Shown piece after piece: positions 51,174-60,935 of a stretch of 64,000 nt of DNA (its first letter is position 1; the number at the start of each line of letters is the position of its first letter). The translations under genes and the position numbers were made by a program. This DNA comes from Escherichia phage vB-Eco-KMB38. The DNA lies in the sequence record OR525701.1; one strand, written 5' to 3'. Under the pieces are notes generated by a model. It ran no database searches, was not told the DNA's origin, and worked only from the letters and a program-made list of their open reading frames with translations.

Positions 51174-54100
51174 ATGGCTACTTTAAAACAAATACAATTT
51201 AAAAGAAGCAAAACTGCAGGAGCACGTCCTGCCGCTTCAGTATTAGCCGAAGGTGAATTGGCTATAAACTTAAAAGACCGTGTACTTTTTACTAAAGATG
51301 ACCAAGGAAATATTATTGATCTGGGTTTTGCTAAAGGTGGTAGTATTGACGGGAATGTTATTCATACAGGCAATTATAACCAAACTGGCGATTATACTTT
51401 AAATGGCGAATGTTATTCATACAGGCAATTATAACCAAACTGGCGATTATACTTTAAATGGCACCTTCACTCAAATTGGCGATTTCAATCTCAAGGGTAT
51501 TGCTCGCGTAACTCGTGATATTATTGCTGCGGGTCAGATAATGACCCATGGTGGCGAACTTATTACAAAAAGTTCAGGTACAGCACATGTTCGTTTTCAT
51601 GATTTAGCTGACCGTGAACGTGGAATCATTTTTTCTCCTGCTAATGATGGATTAACTACACAAGTTCTTAATATTAGAGTTCAAGATTACAAAGCTGGTT
51701 CAGAAAGCACTTTCGCTTTTAATGGAAATGGTTTGTTTTCTTCACCAGAAGTTTTTGGGTGGAAATCTGTATCAACTCCGGTAATTTATACCAATAAAGT
51801 TATCACCAATAAAAAAGTTAAAGATGATTATGACATCTATTCGATGGCAGACAATGTCCCATTGTCTGAAAGCACTACTGCTATTAATCATCTACGTGTC
51901 ATGCGCAATGCAGTCGGTTCTGGTATTTTCCATGAAGTTAAAGATAATGATGGAATAACTTGGTATAGTGGAGATGGATTAGATGCTTATCTTTGGTCAT
52001 TTACCTGGAGCGGCGGAATTAAATCAAGTCACTCAATTTCTATCGGTTTAACACCCGGTAATAAAGATTATTCAATATTAGGACCATCTAGCATTGCTTT
52101 AGGAGATAATGACACCGGGTTTAAATGGCATCAGGATGGATATTTTTTTACGGTAAACAACGGTACAAAAACTTTCCTTTCTGGTCCGGCGGAAACCACT
52201 AGCCTTAGAAAAATGGTTATGGGTTATTCTGTAAATGGTACTGATTTGACTACTCCTCCAACTGAAAACTATGCTCTTGCTACTGTTGTGACATATCACG
52301 ATAATAACGCGTTTGGAGATGGTCAGACTCTTTTGGGATATTATCAAGGCGGTAACTATCATCATTATTTCCGCGGCAAGGGTACCACAAACATTAATAC
52401 TCATGGCGGTTTGTTAGTTACTCCAGGTAATATTGATGTTGTTGGCGGTTCGGTTAATATCGATGGTAGAAATAATGCTTCTACGCTGATGTTTAGAGGT
52501 AACACGACCGGAGCTAGTTCAGTTGATAATATGACAATTTCCGTGTGGGGTAACACGTTTACTAATCCTAGTGTAGGTAATCGTAAAAACGTCATGGAAA
52601 TTTCTGATGCAACTAGTTGGATGAGCTATATTCAAAGACTTACTACTGGTGAAGTAGAAATGAACGTTAACGGTTCATTTGAATCATCTGGTGTTACTGC
52701 TGGAAATAGAGGAGTTCACACAACAGGCGAAATTTCATCTGGAGCAGTGAATGCTCTTCGTATTTGGAATGCAGATTATGGAGTCATTTTTAGACGTTCG
52801 GAAGGTAGTCTTCATATTATTCCAACTGCTTATGGCGAAGGCAAAGATGGCGATATCGGTCCACTTCGTCCGTTTAGTATGTCTTTAGATACAGGTAAGG
52901 TCGTTATTCCTGACCTAGATTTGAGTCATACAACTTTTGCTGAAAATGGTTTTATTAAATTCGGTGGGCATGGTGCTGGTGCCGGTGGTTATGATATTCA
53001 ATACGGCCAAGCAGCTCCTGTTTTCCAAGAAATTGATGATGACGCGGTAAGTAAATATTATCCTATTGTTAAGCAGAAATTCTTACAAGGAAAAGCTGTT
53101 TGGTCTTTAGGTACTGAAATTAATTCCGGGACTTTTGTTTTACACCATCTTAAAGAAGACGGGACCGGTGGTCATACCTCAAGATTTAATGCTGATGGTA
53201 CAGTTAATTTCCCTGATAATGTCCTGGTTGGCGGTGGTGAAGCTGCTATTGCTCGAAATGGTAATATTTTCTCTGATATTTGGAAAGTATTTACATCTGC
53301 AGGCGACGTAACTAATATTCGCGATGCAATAGCTACTCGTGTTTCTAAAGAAGGCGACAAGATGACTGGCACTCTTTGGATTAATAAAGATGCTGCTGGA
53401 ATAGTTCTTAATCCTCCTTTGGCCAGTGATTCATCATTTATTCGTTCTGATACGGCCGGGGCCAATAATTGGTATATTGGTAAAGGCGGTGCCGACAATG
53501 GTCTAGGTTTTTACAGTTATGTTACACAAGGCGGTGTATACATAACAACTAACGGTGAAATATCGCTTTCTCCTCAAGGCCAAGGAACATTTAATTTTAA
53601 TAGAGACCGCCTCCATATAAACGGTACACAATGGACCGCACACCAGGGTGGTGGTTGGGGAAATCAATGGAATCAAGAAGCACCGGTATTTGTAGATTTT
53701 GGTAATGTTGGTAATGATAGTTATTATCCTATTATTAAAGGAAAATCCGGTATTACTAATGAAGGATACATATCTGGTGTAGATTTTGGTATGCGACGCA
53801 TTACTAATACATGGGCACAAGGTATTATTCGTGTAGGTAATCAGGAAAACGGTTACGACCCACAAGCTGTATATGAATTCCATCATAACGGTACTTTTTA
53901 TGCTCCAAGCTTACTTAAGAGCAGTAGAGTATCAGCTGGTGGTGGTGACCCTGCATGGGGCGGGCCGTGTATTGTACTTGGAGATAACGATACCGGTTTG
54001 CTTTGGGAAGCAGACGGTATTTTCAACGCATATGCAAACGGCCAAGGTGTGTTTAGTTTTAGACCTGGTTTAGCTCAGACATTCGGTGATGTTAACTTCC

Positions 54101-54480
54101 ACTGTAATGCAGGTATGTATGTTCGTGATAACATTGATGTTAACGACGTTTATATTCGTTCTGATATTCGTTGTAAGTCGGAAATTAAGCTTATTAAGAA
54201 CGCTCAAGAGAAATCTAAACTATTGGGCGGTTATACTTATCTGCTTAAAAACTCTGTTACAGACGAAGTTAAACCGTCCGCAGGTTTAATTGCTCAGGAA
54301 GTTCAAGAAGTATTACCTGAACTTGTTTCTGAAGATAAAGAGACCGGACTGCTTCGTTTGAACTATAACGGTATTATTGGTTTAAATACAGCTGCAATAA
54401 ACGAGCATACAGATGAAATCAAGGAATTGAAATCTGAAATTACCGAATTGAAAGCATTAATTAAATCATTGATAAAATAA
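51174..54480 (+). pseudogene. 37: long tail fibre distal subunit gp37, reading frame broken by a 55-bp tandem duplication
   Basis: N-terminal ORF 51174-51434 ([35 protein letters not shown]..., T4 gp37 N-terminus) stops in the second repeat copy; the remainder 51403-54480 is in another frame. Removing one 55-bp copy restores a single 1083-codon ORF. Confidence 0.8.
51353..51462 (+). repeat. perfect direct tandem duplication, 2 x 55 bp
   Basis: 51353-51407 and 51408-51462 are identical (GAATGTTATTCATACAGGCAATTATAACCAAACTGGCGATTATACTTTAAATGGC). Confidence 0.95.
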
Positions 54481-54484
54481 TAAA

Positions 54485-54500
54485 AGGGCCTTCGGGCCCT
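54485..54500 (+). other. intercistronic hairpin between genes 37 and 38
   Basis: AGGGCC-TTCG-GGCCCT followed by GGAGG RBS of gene 38. Confidence 0.5.
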
Positions 54501-54510
54501 GGAGGTTTAT

Positions 54511-55290
54511 ATGGCAGTAGTAGGAATCCCTGGTTGGATTGGGACTTCAGCCGTTGCTGAAACGGGACAAAGATGGATGACGGCTGCTTCAAGGGAACTT
54601 CGTTTAGGAAACCCTTCATGGATGTCCCAATTCGCGGGCCGTTCAAGAGAAATAATTCATACACTTGGTGCAGACCATAACTTTAACGGGCAATGGTTCC
54701 GTGACCGTTGCTTTGAAGCTGGCGGCGCTCCTATAGTGTTTAATATCACCGGAAATTTAGTATCATATAGTAAAGATGTTCCATTATTCTTTATGTATGG
54801 CGATACACCGAATGAATATGTTACTTTGAATATTCATGGTGGAGTTCATATGTGGGGACGAGGTGGTAACGGCACTGTAAACGGAAACCCAGGCACAAAT
54901 GGCGGCGATGTAATCCAAAATGATATCGGCGGAAGACTTCGTATTTGGAACTATGGCGTTATTGCATCAGGCGGTGGCGGTGGCGGTGCAGTGTCATTAC
55001 AGAATAGCTGGGCTCCAAATGCTACAGCAGGTGGCGGTGGTGGTAGACCATTTGGCATCGGCGGAGGTGGCGTTAATTGGCCGGGTGGTAATGCTAGTTA
55101 TGACGCCCCGGGCGGTGCTGGTTACACTTCCCAATTCGGCGGAGGCAATGGCGGTGATGCTGGCGCTCGGGGTGGAGATGGATGGGGTAATCACTTATCT
55201 AGATCTGGCGGTGGTGCTCCTGGCAGAGCAGTATTCGGAAGTTCACCGTCATGGGGTGCTACAGGCACAATCTACGGCTCCTGGATTTAA
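54511..55290 (+). CDS. 38: receptor-recognising adhesin gp38, T2/T6 type with glycine-rich motifs
   Basis: 259 aa; conserved N-terminal gp37-binding region and C-terminal polyglycine stretches (GGGGGG, GGGGG, GGGG) separated by hypervariable segments. Confidence 0.85.
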   Translation: MAVVGIPGWIGTSAVAETGQRWMTAASRELRLGNPSWMSQFAGRSREIIHTLGADHNFNGQWFRDRCFEAGGAPIVFNITGNLVSYSKDVPLFFMYGDTPNEYVTLNIHGGVHMWGRGGNGTVNGNPGTNGGDVIQNDIGGRLRIWNYGVIASGGGGGGAVSLQNSWAPNATAGGGGGRPFGIGGGGVNWPGGNASYDAPGGAGYTSQFGGGNGGDAGARGGDGWGNHLSRSGGGAPGRAVFGSSPSWGATGTIYGSWI

Positions 55291-55308
55291 ACGATAATAC
55301 CTCTCAAT

Positions 55309-55316
55309 TATAAATA
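55309..55316 (+). promoter_or_regulatory. late promoter TATAAATA for holin gene t
   Basis: Exact TATAAATA about 20 nt upstream of ATG 55336. Confidence 0.6.
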
Positions 55317-55335
55317 TTGATAAATGGGAGGTAAT

Positions 55336-55995
55336 ATGGCAGCACCAAAAGTATCATTTTCGCCTAGTGATATTTTATTTGGGTTGCTAGACCGCATTTT
55401 CAAAGATAACGCCTCTGGAAATATTCTTATTTCAAGAGTTGCTGTTGTAGTTCTTTTGTTCCTAATGGCACTAATATGGTACAAAGGGAATATTTTTATG
55501 GATTATTACGTGAGGTCGAAATATGATACTTACACAGAAGTAATTCAAAAAGAAAGAAATACACGATTTGAATCTGCGGCTTTAGAACAACTACAAATAG
55601 TCCACGTCACATCAAGGGCGGATTTTAGTTCGGTGTATTCTTTCAGACCTAAAAATCTAAATTATTTCGTCGACCTTATTGCGTATGAAGGTAAGTTACC
55701 TAGCACAGTAACTGAAAAATCTATGGGAGGATTTCCTGTTGATAAAACGACAGCAGAATATTCGGTCCATTTAAGTGGACTTCACTTTACTTCTAAAACA
55801 GATTTTGCTTTCTTACCTACCAAATCAAAAACTCCGGAACTGGCGTATATGTATAGTTGTCCTTACTTCAATTTGGATAACATATATGCGGGAACTGTTT
55901 CTATGTATTGGTATAAGGGGTCGGATGTGTTAAATGAAGAACGCTTGGCTGCAATATGCAACCAAGCAGCAAGGATATTAGGGCGGGCTAAATAA
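55336..55995 (+). CDS. t: holin
   Basis: MAAPKVSFSPSDILFGLLDRIFKDN...; single N-terminal transmembrane segment and large periplasmic domain as T4 holin T; start at ATG 55336 after GGGAGG RBS (track opens at 55324). Confidence 0.9.
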   Translation: MAAPKVSFSPSDILFGLLDRIFKDNASGNILISRVAVVVLLFLMALIWYKGNIFMDYYVRSKYDTYTEVIQKERNTRFESAALEQLQIVHVTSRADFSSVYSFRPKNLNYFVDLIAYEGKLPSTVTEKSMGGFPVDKTTAEYSVHLSGLHFTSKTDFAFLPTKSKTPELAYMYSCPYFNLDNIYAGTVSMYWYKGSDVLNEERLAAICNQAARILGRAK

Positions 55996-56268
55996 TTAGT
56001 TGTTAGAATACATCGTCAAATGGCGATAAATATTTTCAAAACCTTCATTGAATTCACTAATCAGTGTTTTCTTTTCTTCGGCAGTTAAATTTGTAATTAG
56101 TTTTCTGAACGAATTCTGATTTAGCTGCCGACCATCTTTTTTAATTCCAATCTCATTCAAGAATCCGATGAAATTTGCTCGGTCTTCAACAATATCTTCC
56201 CTAGAGAATTTAATCAAAATAGAAGCAATAGTAATAATTTCACGTACGATTTCAATGTCTTTATTCAT
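55996..56268 (-). CDS. asiA: anti-sigma70 factor AsiA
   Basis: 90 aa as T4 AsiA; MNKDIEIVREIITIASILIKFSREDIVEDRANFIGFLNEIG. Confidence 0.92.
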   Translation of the reverse strand: MNKDIEIVREIITIASILIKFSREDIVEDRANFIGFLNEIGIKKDGRQLNQNSFRKLITNLTAEEKKTLISEFNEGFENIYRHLTMYSNN

Positions 56269-56314
56269 AACGTTTTATTCATTCCACTTAATTGATAGGA
56301 GTATAGTACCATTA

Positions 56315-56476
56315 TCAGTGTTGATTGTAAACGGCTTTTTCTACGCTTTTAACGTAATTGATATAGTCTTCCTGTTCGTACGAGTGTAAAGCCAAGAACT
56401 GAACTAATAGTTCATTATAGACTAAAGCCTCACGCTCACGTTCTGCCTCTACTACGTTCTGAAGATTATGGCTCAT
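56315..56476 (-). CDS. possible small ORF, 53 aa from ATG 56476
   Basis: AAGGAA RBS; overlaps the upstream ORF by 11 nt; weak. Confidence 0.3.
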   Translation of the reverse strand: MSHNLQNVVEAEREREALVYNELLVQFLALHSYEQEDYINYVKSVEKAVYNQH

Positions 56477-56765
56477 ATCGTTCCTTATAACTATCAATAT
56501 AGTCCTGTATGTCGAAGAATGACATTTCATATTCTAGGACATTAAGAGCCCGTTCTTCAGTATAGTCAGAACCAAAGACGATAGTGATTTCACCAGGCTT
56601 CATGTGATTGAAATCCACACTAAAAGGAATACGAGAACATACTTCGTCTGCCATATCTGCGACAACACTACGATACACTTCTCGGTTAACCTGATAAAGC
56701 TCTGCGAGTTCTTCACAACGAATAACAAGTTCAGTGGCAGGATTTTCTTTGATTTTAGTAAGCAT
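56466..56765 (-). CDS. hypothetical acidic protein 99 aa, at the position where T4 has arn
   Basis: Position immediately after asiA; acidic composition; sequence identity to Arn not verified. Confidence 0.5.
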   Translation of the reverse strand: MLTKIKENPATELVIRCEELAELYQVNREVYRSVVADMADEVCSRIPFSVDFNHMKPGEITIVFGSDYTEERALNVLEYEMSFFDIQDYIDSYKERYEP

Positions 56766-56839
56766 AGTCTTTACCCTTATGTTTTTGTTTGCGTTTAGAT
56801 TGAAGTTCTGATTTCTTCTTGTCCTTATGGACAGAAGCC

Positions 56840-57067
56840 TTATTGAAATCGTGTTTTGCTACAAGATTGTTCATAATGATTTATAACCTCATTTAAACAT
56901 TTATCGGTAAAAGAAAACTTTTTAGCCACAGAACATTCGATAATGTGTTCTTTCAAATCTTTAGAGTCAGTATAACCCATCTCAGTAATAAAGTGGCGAA
57001 TTAAAGCTTTATTCTTATCATTAACAGAATTAAAATAATCTGCTTTAGAATCAATTATTCTCATCAT
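56840..57067 (-). CDS. hypothetical protein 75 aa
   Basis: ATG start; compact operon. Confidence 0.5.
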   Translation of the reverse strand: MMRIIDSKADYFNSVNDKNKALIRHFITEMGYTDSKDLKEHIIECSVAKKFSFTDKCLNEVINHYEQSCSKTRFQ

Positions 57068-57332
57068 CTAATTTCCTTAACTGATATTGCAACGAGCTAA
57101 TAATTTCTTCGTTCATTTTAATATACATGTCACGCAAGAAAGGTTTTAACCCTTCACGAATAATTGCTAATGTATCACCTTTACATAGATTGACCAAATA
57201 AGGATGATCTAAAGCATCCCAGCCAGGCTGATTAGCATACATACCATAGTTTTCTTCCATCATATGATTAAGACGTTTGATATCTTGGATACGTGATTCA
57301 ATAGCATCTTTCTGGAGTTGTTTAATATTCAT
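57051..57332 (-). CDS. hypothetical protein 93 aa
   Basis: ATG start adjacent to upstream stop. Confidence 0.5.
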   Translation of the reverse strand: MNIKQLQKDAIESRIQDIKRLNHMMEENYGMYANQPGWDALDHPYLVNLCKGDTLAIIREGLKPFLRDMYIKMNEEIISSLQYQLRKLDDENN

Positions 57333-57793
57333 TAATAAAGGTCCTCTGAATAAAGTTCTTTCTCACTTCCGCCACGTTCAATACGTACCTGTCCAGCATA
57401 CGTTGCAATAATCATTGCTTCTTCACGCGTCCAGTAATTAGAGTATTGGTCAATAAAACCTTGGTCGTCACCACAAACTTGTTGCGAGACTAATTGAGGA
57501 CCAACTATATCAAGTACTTCAGCCATATCTTTAGAGTAATGACGAACTCCAGGAATAACCAGAGTTCCACCGCTCTTCAATTTAAACCTATTAGCTGCAC
57601 ATACTATAACACGTTGAACTTTTTGGTCATTGTTCCAATAGCACGTTTGCCAACAGATTTCAGGAACTTCATTCATTATATCATCAGCAGAATAATTATA
57701 ACCGTAGGACTGGAATTTTTCTGCTAGACTTTCAGGAGTCTCACGAGACAAGGCCAAATCTAATAGCTCTAAACGTTCTTTAAATGATTTCAT
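57332..57793 (-). CDS. hypothetical protein 153 aa with conserved-looking core (VIVCAANRF...GG...[10 protein letters not shown]...[20 protein letters not shown])
   Basis: ATG start; motif pattern suggests an enzyme fold but family not identified. Confidence 0.55.
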   Translation of the reverse strand: MKSFKERLELLDLALSRETPESLAEKFQSYGYNYSADDIMNEVPEICWQTCYWNNDQKVQRVIVCAANRFKLKSGGTLVIPGVRHYSKDMAEVLDIVGPQLVSQQVCGDDQGFIDQYSNYWTREEAMIIATYAGQVRIERGGSEKELYSEDLY

Positions 57794-58119
57794 TTAAACC
57801 ATTCCTTAATACGTTGCCAAATAGATTTTTGTGCTTGTTTATTTACACCAATCGAACGAATAACCGGTTGTGACTGCTGATATTCTTTATAATCTTCTTT
57901 ATAGATTTCGTAAGCCGCATCAACAAATGAACTGATCGCTGCCATGTAGTTTTTACGAAGGCCAAATGGCGCGTCATTATTTTCACGAATAACCGTATAT
58001 TGGCCTGCTTTAATCTTTACAATTGTCCCTAAATAAGCCCCATGGTACCAAATATCCCATCCTTCCTGAGTAGGTTCTGCACATTTACGAAGTTCATTAA
58101 TAATATTCAGCTTATTCAT
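57790..58119 (-). CDS. hypothetical protein 109 aa
   Basis: ATG start overlapping upstream stop (ATGA). Confidence 0.55.
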   Translation of the reverse strand: MNKLNIINELRKCAEPTQEGWDIWYHGAYLGTIVKIKAGQYTVIRENNDAPFGLRKNYMAAISSFVDAAYEIYKEDYKEYQQSQPVIRSIGVNKQAQKSIWQRIKEWFK

Positions 58120-58129
58120 TATGTATTCC

Positions 58130-58762
58130 TCACAGTACGTTAGTTACAAGGGTAATGATTTCTTTGGACACATTAGGGAAGTCAATGTAAGTATATTTAC
58201 CACCGATCTTAATCTTAACATCATTTTCAAGAGAAGTAAACAGCTTTGATTCAGTTTCTGACATGTTGTATGCAAAGATTCTAAGAGCGCCATCTCGTCG
58301 AATTTCAATTTGGCGAATGCCTAGAACTCGTTTAGCGAATCGAACTTCTAAGTTACTACGGTTTTCACCAATTTCTTTAACTTCAACTTTATCTTTAATA
58401 TTTTCAAAAACAAAGTTTGCTAATTCATGCATTTCAGGAGTAACTCCACGTGCTTTTCTAGTGTTACGTTTCTGAAGAAGTTCTGGAGCATTTTCTTGGG
58501 CAAAGAGGTCTGCAGCTTTTTGGATAATATCCATTGCTTCGCCTGTTGCTACAAGTCCGTCACCGGATTTTTCGACTAAACCTTTCTTAATCAATACACC
58601 AATGTTAGAGTTAACAACTGATGCGTTGTATTCTGCTTCCAGAGCTTCACGGACATTGGCAGCAGTGGTGAAGTTGTTCTTAATGATATAAACCATTATT
58701 GCAGCAGTTTTTTCATTCAGAGCGTTTTCAGAAGCTTTGATGATGTAAGTAACTTTAGACAT
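58130..58762 (-). CDS. motA: middle transcription activator MotA
   Basis: 210 aa (T4 MotA 211 aa); N-terminus MSKVTYIIKAS... and NSNIGVLIKKGLVEKSGDGL segment. Confidence 0.9.
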   Translation of the reverse strand: MSKVTYIIKASENALNEKTAAIMVYIIKNNFTTAANVREALEAEYNASVVNSNIGVLIKKGLVEKSGDGLVATGEAMDIIQKAADLFAQENAPELLQKRNTRKARGVTPEMHELANFVFENIKDKVEVKEIGENRSNLEVRFAKRVLGIRQIEIRRDGALRIFAYNMSETESKLFTSLENDVKIKIGGKYTYIDFPNVSKEIITLVTNVL

Positions 58763-58799
58763 TTTATTTCTCCAAATTAGTATTTGTTTTGATAGGTCT

Positions 58800-58828
58800 A
58801 TAATATCATGTTTGAAGCAAAAGTAAAC
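58800..58828 (-). promoter_or_regulatory. early promoter GTTTAC-N17-TATTAT upstream of motA
   Basis: rc GTTTACttttgcttcaaacatgaTATTAT then AGACCTATCAAAAC leader; part of a duplicated cassette. Confidence 0.55.
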
Positions 58829-58865
58829 TTTATTTTGGGCTCTTTTTCAAAAGCCCTGGTAAAAT

Positions 58866-59081
58866 TTACAAACTCATTTCTTTAATAAGGCTAATAAGTT
58901 TTGCCTTTTTAGAACGAAGCTTTTCTAAATGATGACCATTTGAACCGCGAACCACTAAAGAATTGATTTCAACTTCTAAGAAATTTAATTCTTCAACAAG
59001 TGCTTTACGGAGAGCATTCATACCAGGTTTGACTTTACCGAAACGAGTAGTTGTGTTTTGGGTTAATTTCATTTTAGACAT
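58866..59081 (-). CDS. hypothetical protein 71 aa sharing promoter/leader with motA
   Basis: Starts MSKM..., same leader and RBS as motA (MSKV...). Confidence 0.55.
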   Translation of the reverse strand: MSKMKLTQNTTTRFGKVKPGMNALRKALVEELNFLEVEINSLVVRGSNGHHLEKLRSKKAKLISLIKEMSL

Positions 59082-59120
59082 TTTATTTCTCCAATTTGGT
59101 TGTTTTGTTTTGATAGGTCT

Positions 59121-59149
59121 ATAATATCATGTTTGAAGCACATGTAAAC
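59121..59149 (-). promoter_or_regulatory. early promoter GTTTAC-N17-TATTAT (duplicate of the motA promoter)
   Basis: Near-identical to 58800-58828. Confidence 0.55.
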
Positions 59150-59174
59150 TGTTTTGTGAGAAAAATGCACAAAA

Positions 59175-59190
59175 GGGAGCCGAAGCTCCC
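59175..59190 (-). terminator. terminator after gene 52
   Basis: GGGAGC-CGAA-GCTCCC; rc followed by UUUU. Confidence 0.7.
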
Positions 59191-59266
59191 TAATCATGAT
59201 TGTCCAACCAATACAGCCAAATCACTAGTGCAGCTATTGCACCGAGAAATCCTAAGGCTAGGGCAC

Positions 59267-60592
59267 TCAAAGTGCCTCCAAGTCTTTAGTGTACTCTGTC
59301 ACAACATCAGTAGACTTCCAATACTCATTTTCTTCTTTCTTAGCTTTAGCTTCTTCTGCTAGTTTACGTGCTTCATCGGAAGTGATATGGAAGATGTTAA
59401 GACCTACCAGTTTATCAACATGTTCTTTATACATTTCGATTTGTGCTAGCTCTTCAGTCAAAGCTTTACGGGTCTTGCCCTGAATCACAATTTCGCCACT
59501 GATAACTTTTTTGATGAAGTGTGCCTTAGCAAAAGCAAGTTTAAATGCTTTTTCAGATTCAAGGATTTTGTTATCAATACGTTTCTGAACGTAAGTCTTA
59601 CGGACTTCAACAAAATCTTTGATTAAGTCCACTACGTTATCGTAGACCGCTAATTTACCCTTTTCATTAATCACTGTGATGTTTTGTGAACGACGTTCGA
59701 TGAGACTAAAATCTTTCATGATTTTTTCATGACGTAGCTCTTCATCATCAGGAAGCGAGTACTCTTTACGGAACTTCACCTTAAACCCAAAGCCGTGTTC
59801 ACCGCAATCATCTTCCCATGAGATTAGACCTTTGTCTTCCAACGGGTCAAGAACCTTACTCACATACGTTTCACGGTCGAATTTATATGGGATTTCAGTT
59901 ATCTGCATTTGAGTGCGAGATGTGAACTTATATGTTCCGTGAATCTCATAACGTCCATCAACTTCATGCACTTCACCACGGAATTCCGGGAATTCAACTT
60001 TTGGTTTAGTGACATTTTTACCTTGAAGAGCTTGTAATACGGCCTTTTTGACTGATTTAAAACTATGAGGCAGAATATTTGTTGCGTAACCGGTTGCAAT
60101 ACCAGAGACGCCATTCAAAAGAACTGTCGGAATAATAGGAAGATAGAATTTTGGTGGAACGTGTTCTTTATCTTCATGTGCTGGAGCATATTCAGTATCT
60201 TTATAGACATTATAGAAATTTTTACTTACACGAGCAAAAATATAACGAGATGCTGCAGCTTTTTGGACTGTTCTAGAACCAAAGTTGCCTTGGCCGTCTA
60301 ACAGTGGATAGTTGTTATTCCACGTATTAGCCATCAATGCACCTGCATCTTGTGCAGAAGATTCGCCATGATGATAACCTAAATCAGCAACACCGCCTGC
60401 AATTGACGCAAGTTTATGAAATTTTTCTTTATTACCACGAGCCAAATCTAACGCACGATGAACCACAAAACGTTGAACCGGCTTAAATCCATCAATCATG
60501 TTTGGGATTGCACGGTTTTCAACGGTGTACATCGCATATGCTAAGGCTTCGTTATCAATAATACTTTTTAGATTACGAGAATTCAATTGCAT
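59267..60592 (-). CDS. 52: DNA topoisomerase II medium subunit gp52
   Basis: 441 aa (T4 gp52 442 aa); GyrA-like N-terminal motifs (AMYTVENRAIPNMIDGFKPVQR) with active-site Tyr region. Confidence 0.95.
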   Translation of the reverse strand: MQLNSRNLKSIIDNEALAYAMYTVENRAIPNMIDGFKPVQRFVVHRALDLARGNKEKFHKLASIAGGVADLGYHHGESSAQDAGALMANTWNNNYPLLDGQGNFGSRTVQKAAASRYIFARVSKNFYNVYKDTEYAPAHEDKEHVPPKFYLPIIPTVLLNGVSGIATGYATNILPHSFKSVKKAVLQALQGKNVTKPKVEFPEFRGEVHEVDGRYEIHGTYKFTSRTQMQITEIPYKFDRETYVSKVLDPLEDKGLISWEDDCGEHGFGFKVKFRKEYSLPDDEELRHEKIMKDFSLIERRSQNITVINEKGKLAVYDNVVDLIKDFVEVRKTYVQKRIDNKILESEKAFKLAFAKAHFIKKVISGEIVIQGKTRKALTEELAQIEMYKEHVDKLVGLNIFHITSDEARKLAEEAKAKKEENEYWKSTDVVTEYTKDLEAL

Positions 60593-60596
60593 ATTT

Positions 60597-60737
60597 TCAC
60601 CATATTAATGAACGAATAACCATTATAACATCTGAAATGAAAAGCACTACTTGGATTAGTCCAAACATCACACCGTAGTACAGAACAGTAAGCAACAACA
60701 AGAGCCCGAAGGCTCCTGCTAAGATTTTCTTAATCAT
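60597..60737 (-). CDS. small hydrophobic membrane protein, 46 aa (not in ORF track)
   Basis: MIKKILAGAFGLLLLLTVLYYGVMFGLIQVVLFISDVIMVIRSLIW; start overlaps the upstream stop (TAATG). Confidence 0.4.
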   Translation of the reverse strand: MIKKILAGAFGLLLLLTVLYYGVMFGLIQVVLFISDVIMVIRSLIW

Positions 60738-60883
60738 TACTCGCCTTTTAACACGTTAAAAAGAGCTAAGACCGCTAAGGTACCTTGTGATACGGCCTGT
60801 TGAAATACTGTTGTTTCGCCTGTAACTAAAGTATTAACGAATAAAAACGACCAACACAACAATGCAATAATCCATGCTACCAT
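60737..60883 (-). CDS. small hydrophobic membrane protein, 48 aa (not in ORF track)
   Basis: MVAWIIALLCWSFLFVNTLVTGETTVFQQAVSQGTLAVLALFNVLKGE; position between ndd and gene 52 where T4 has small membrane genes (ac/stp region). Confidence 0.4.
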   Translation of the reverse strand: MVAWIIALLCWSFLFVNTLVTGETTVFQQAVSQGTLAVLALFNVLKGE

Positions 60884-60935
60884 TTTATTACCTCACAAAT
60901 AAATTAAAGGGCCTATTAAGCTAGGCCTATATAAA

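Noticed and set aside
54950-55110. Runs of GGTGGCGGTGG repeats that could look like a simple repeat or CRISPR-like array
   Set aside because: They encode the polyglycine motifs of the gp38 adhesin, in frame within the coding sequence; there are no spacer-repeat units.
58811-58819. TGCTTCA (MotA-box-like) inside the motA early promoter spacer
   Set aside because: Only about 7 nt from the -10 element, too close for a functional MotA box, which needs about 12 nt; considered coincidental.
59129-59362. 77-aa + strand ORF overlapping the duplicated promoter, terminator hairpin and the gene 52 3' end
   Set aside because: Spans regulatory elements and overlaps gene 52 antisense; no RBS; composition not protein-like.
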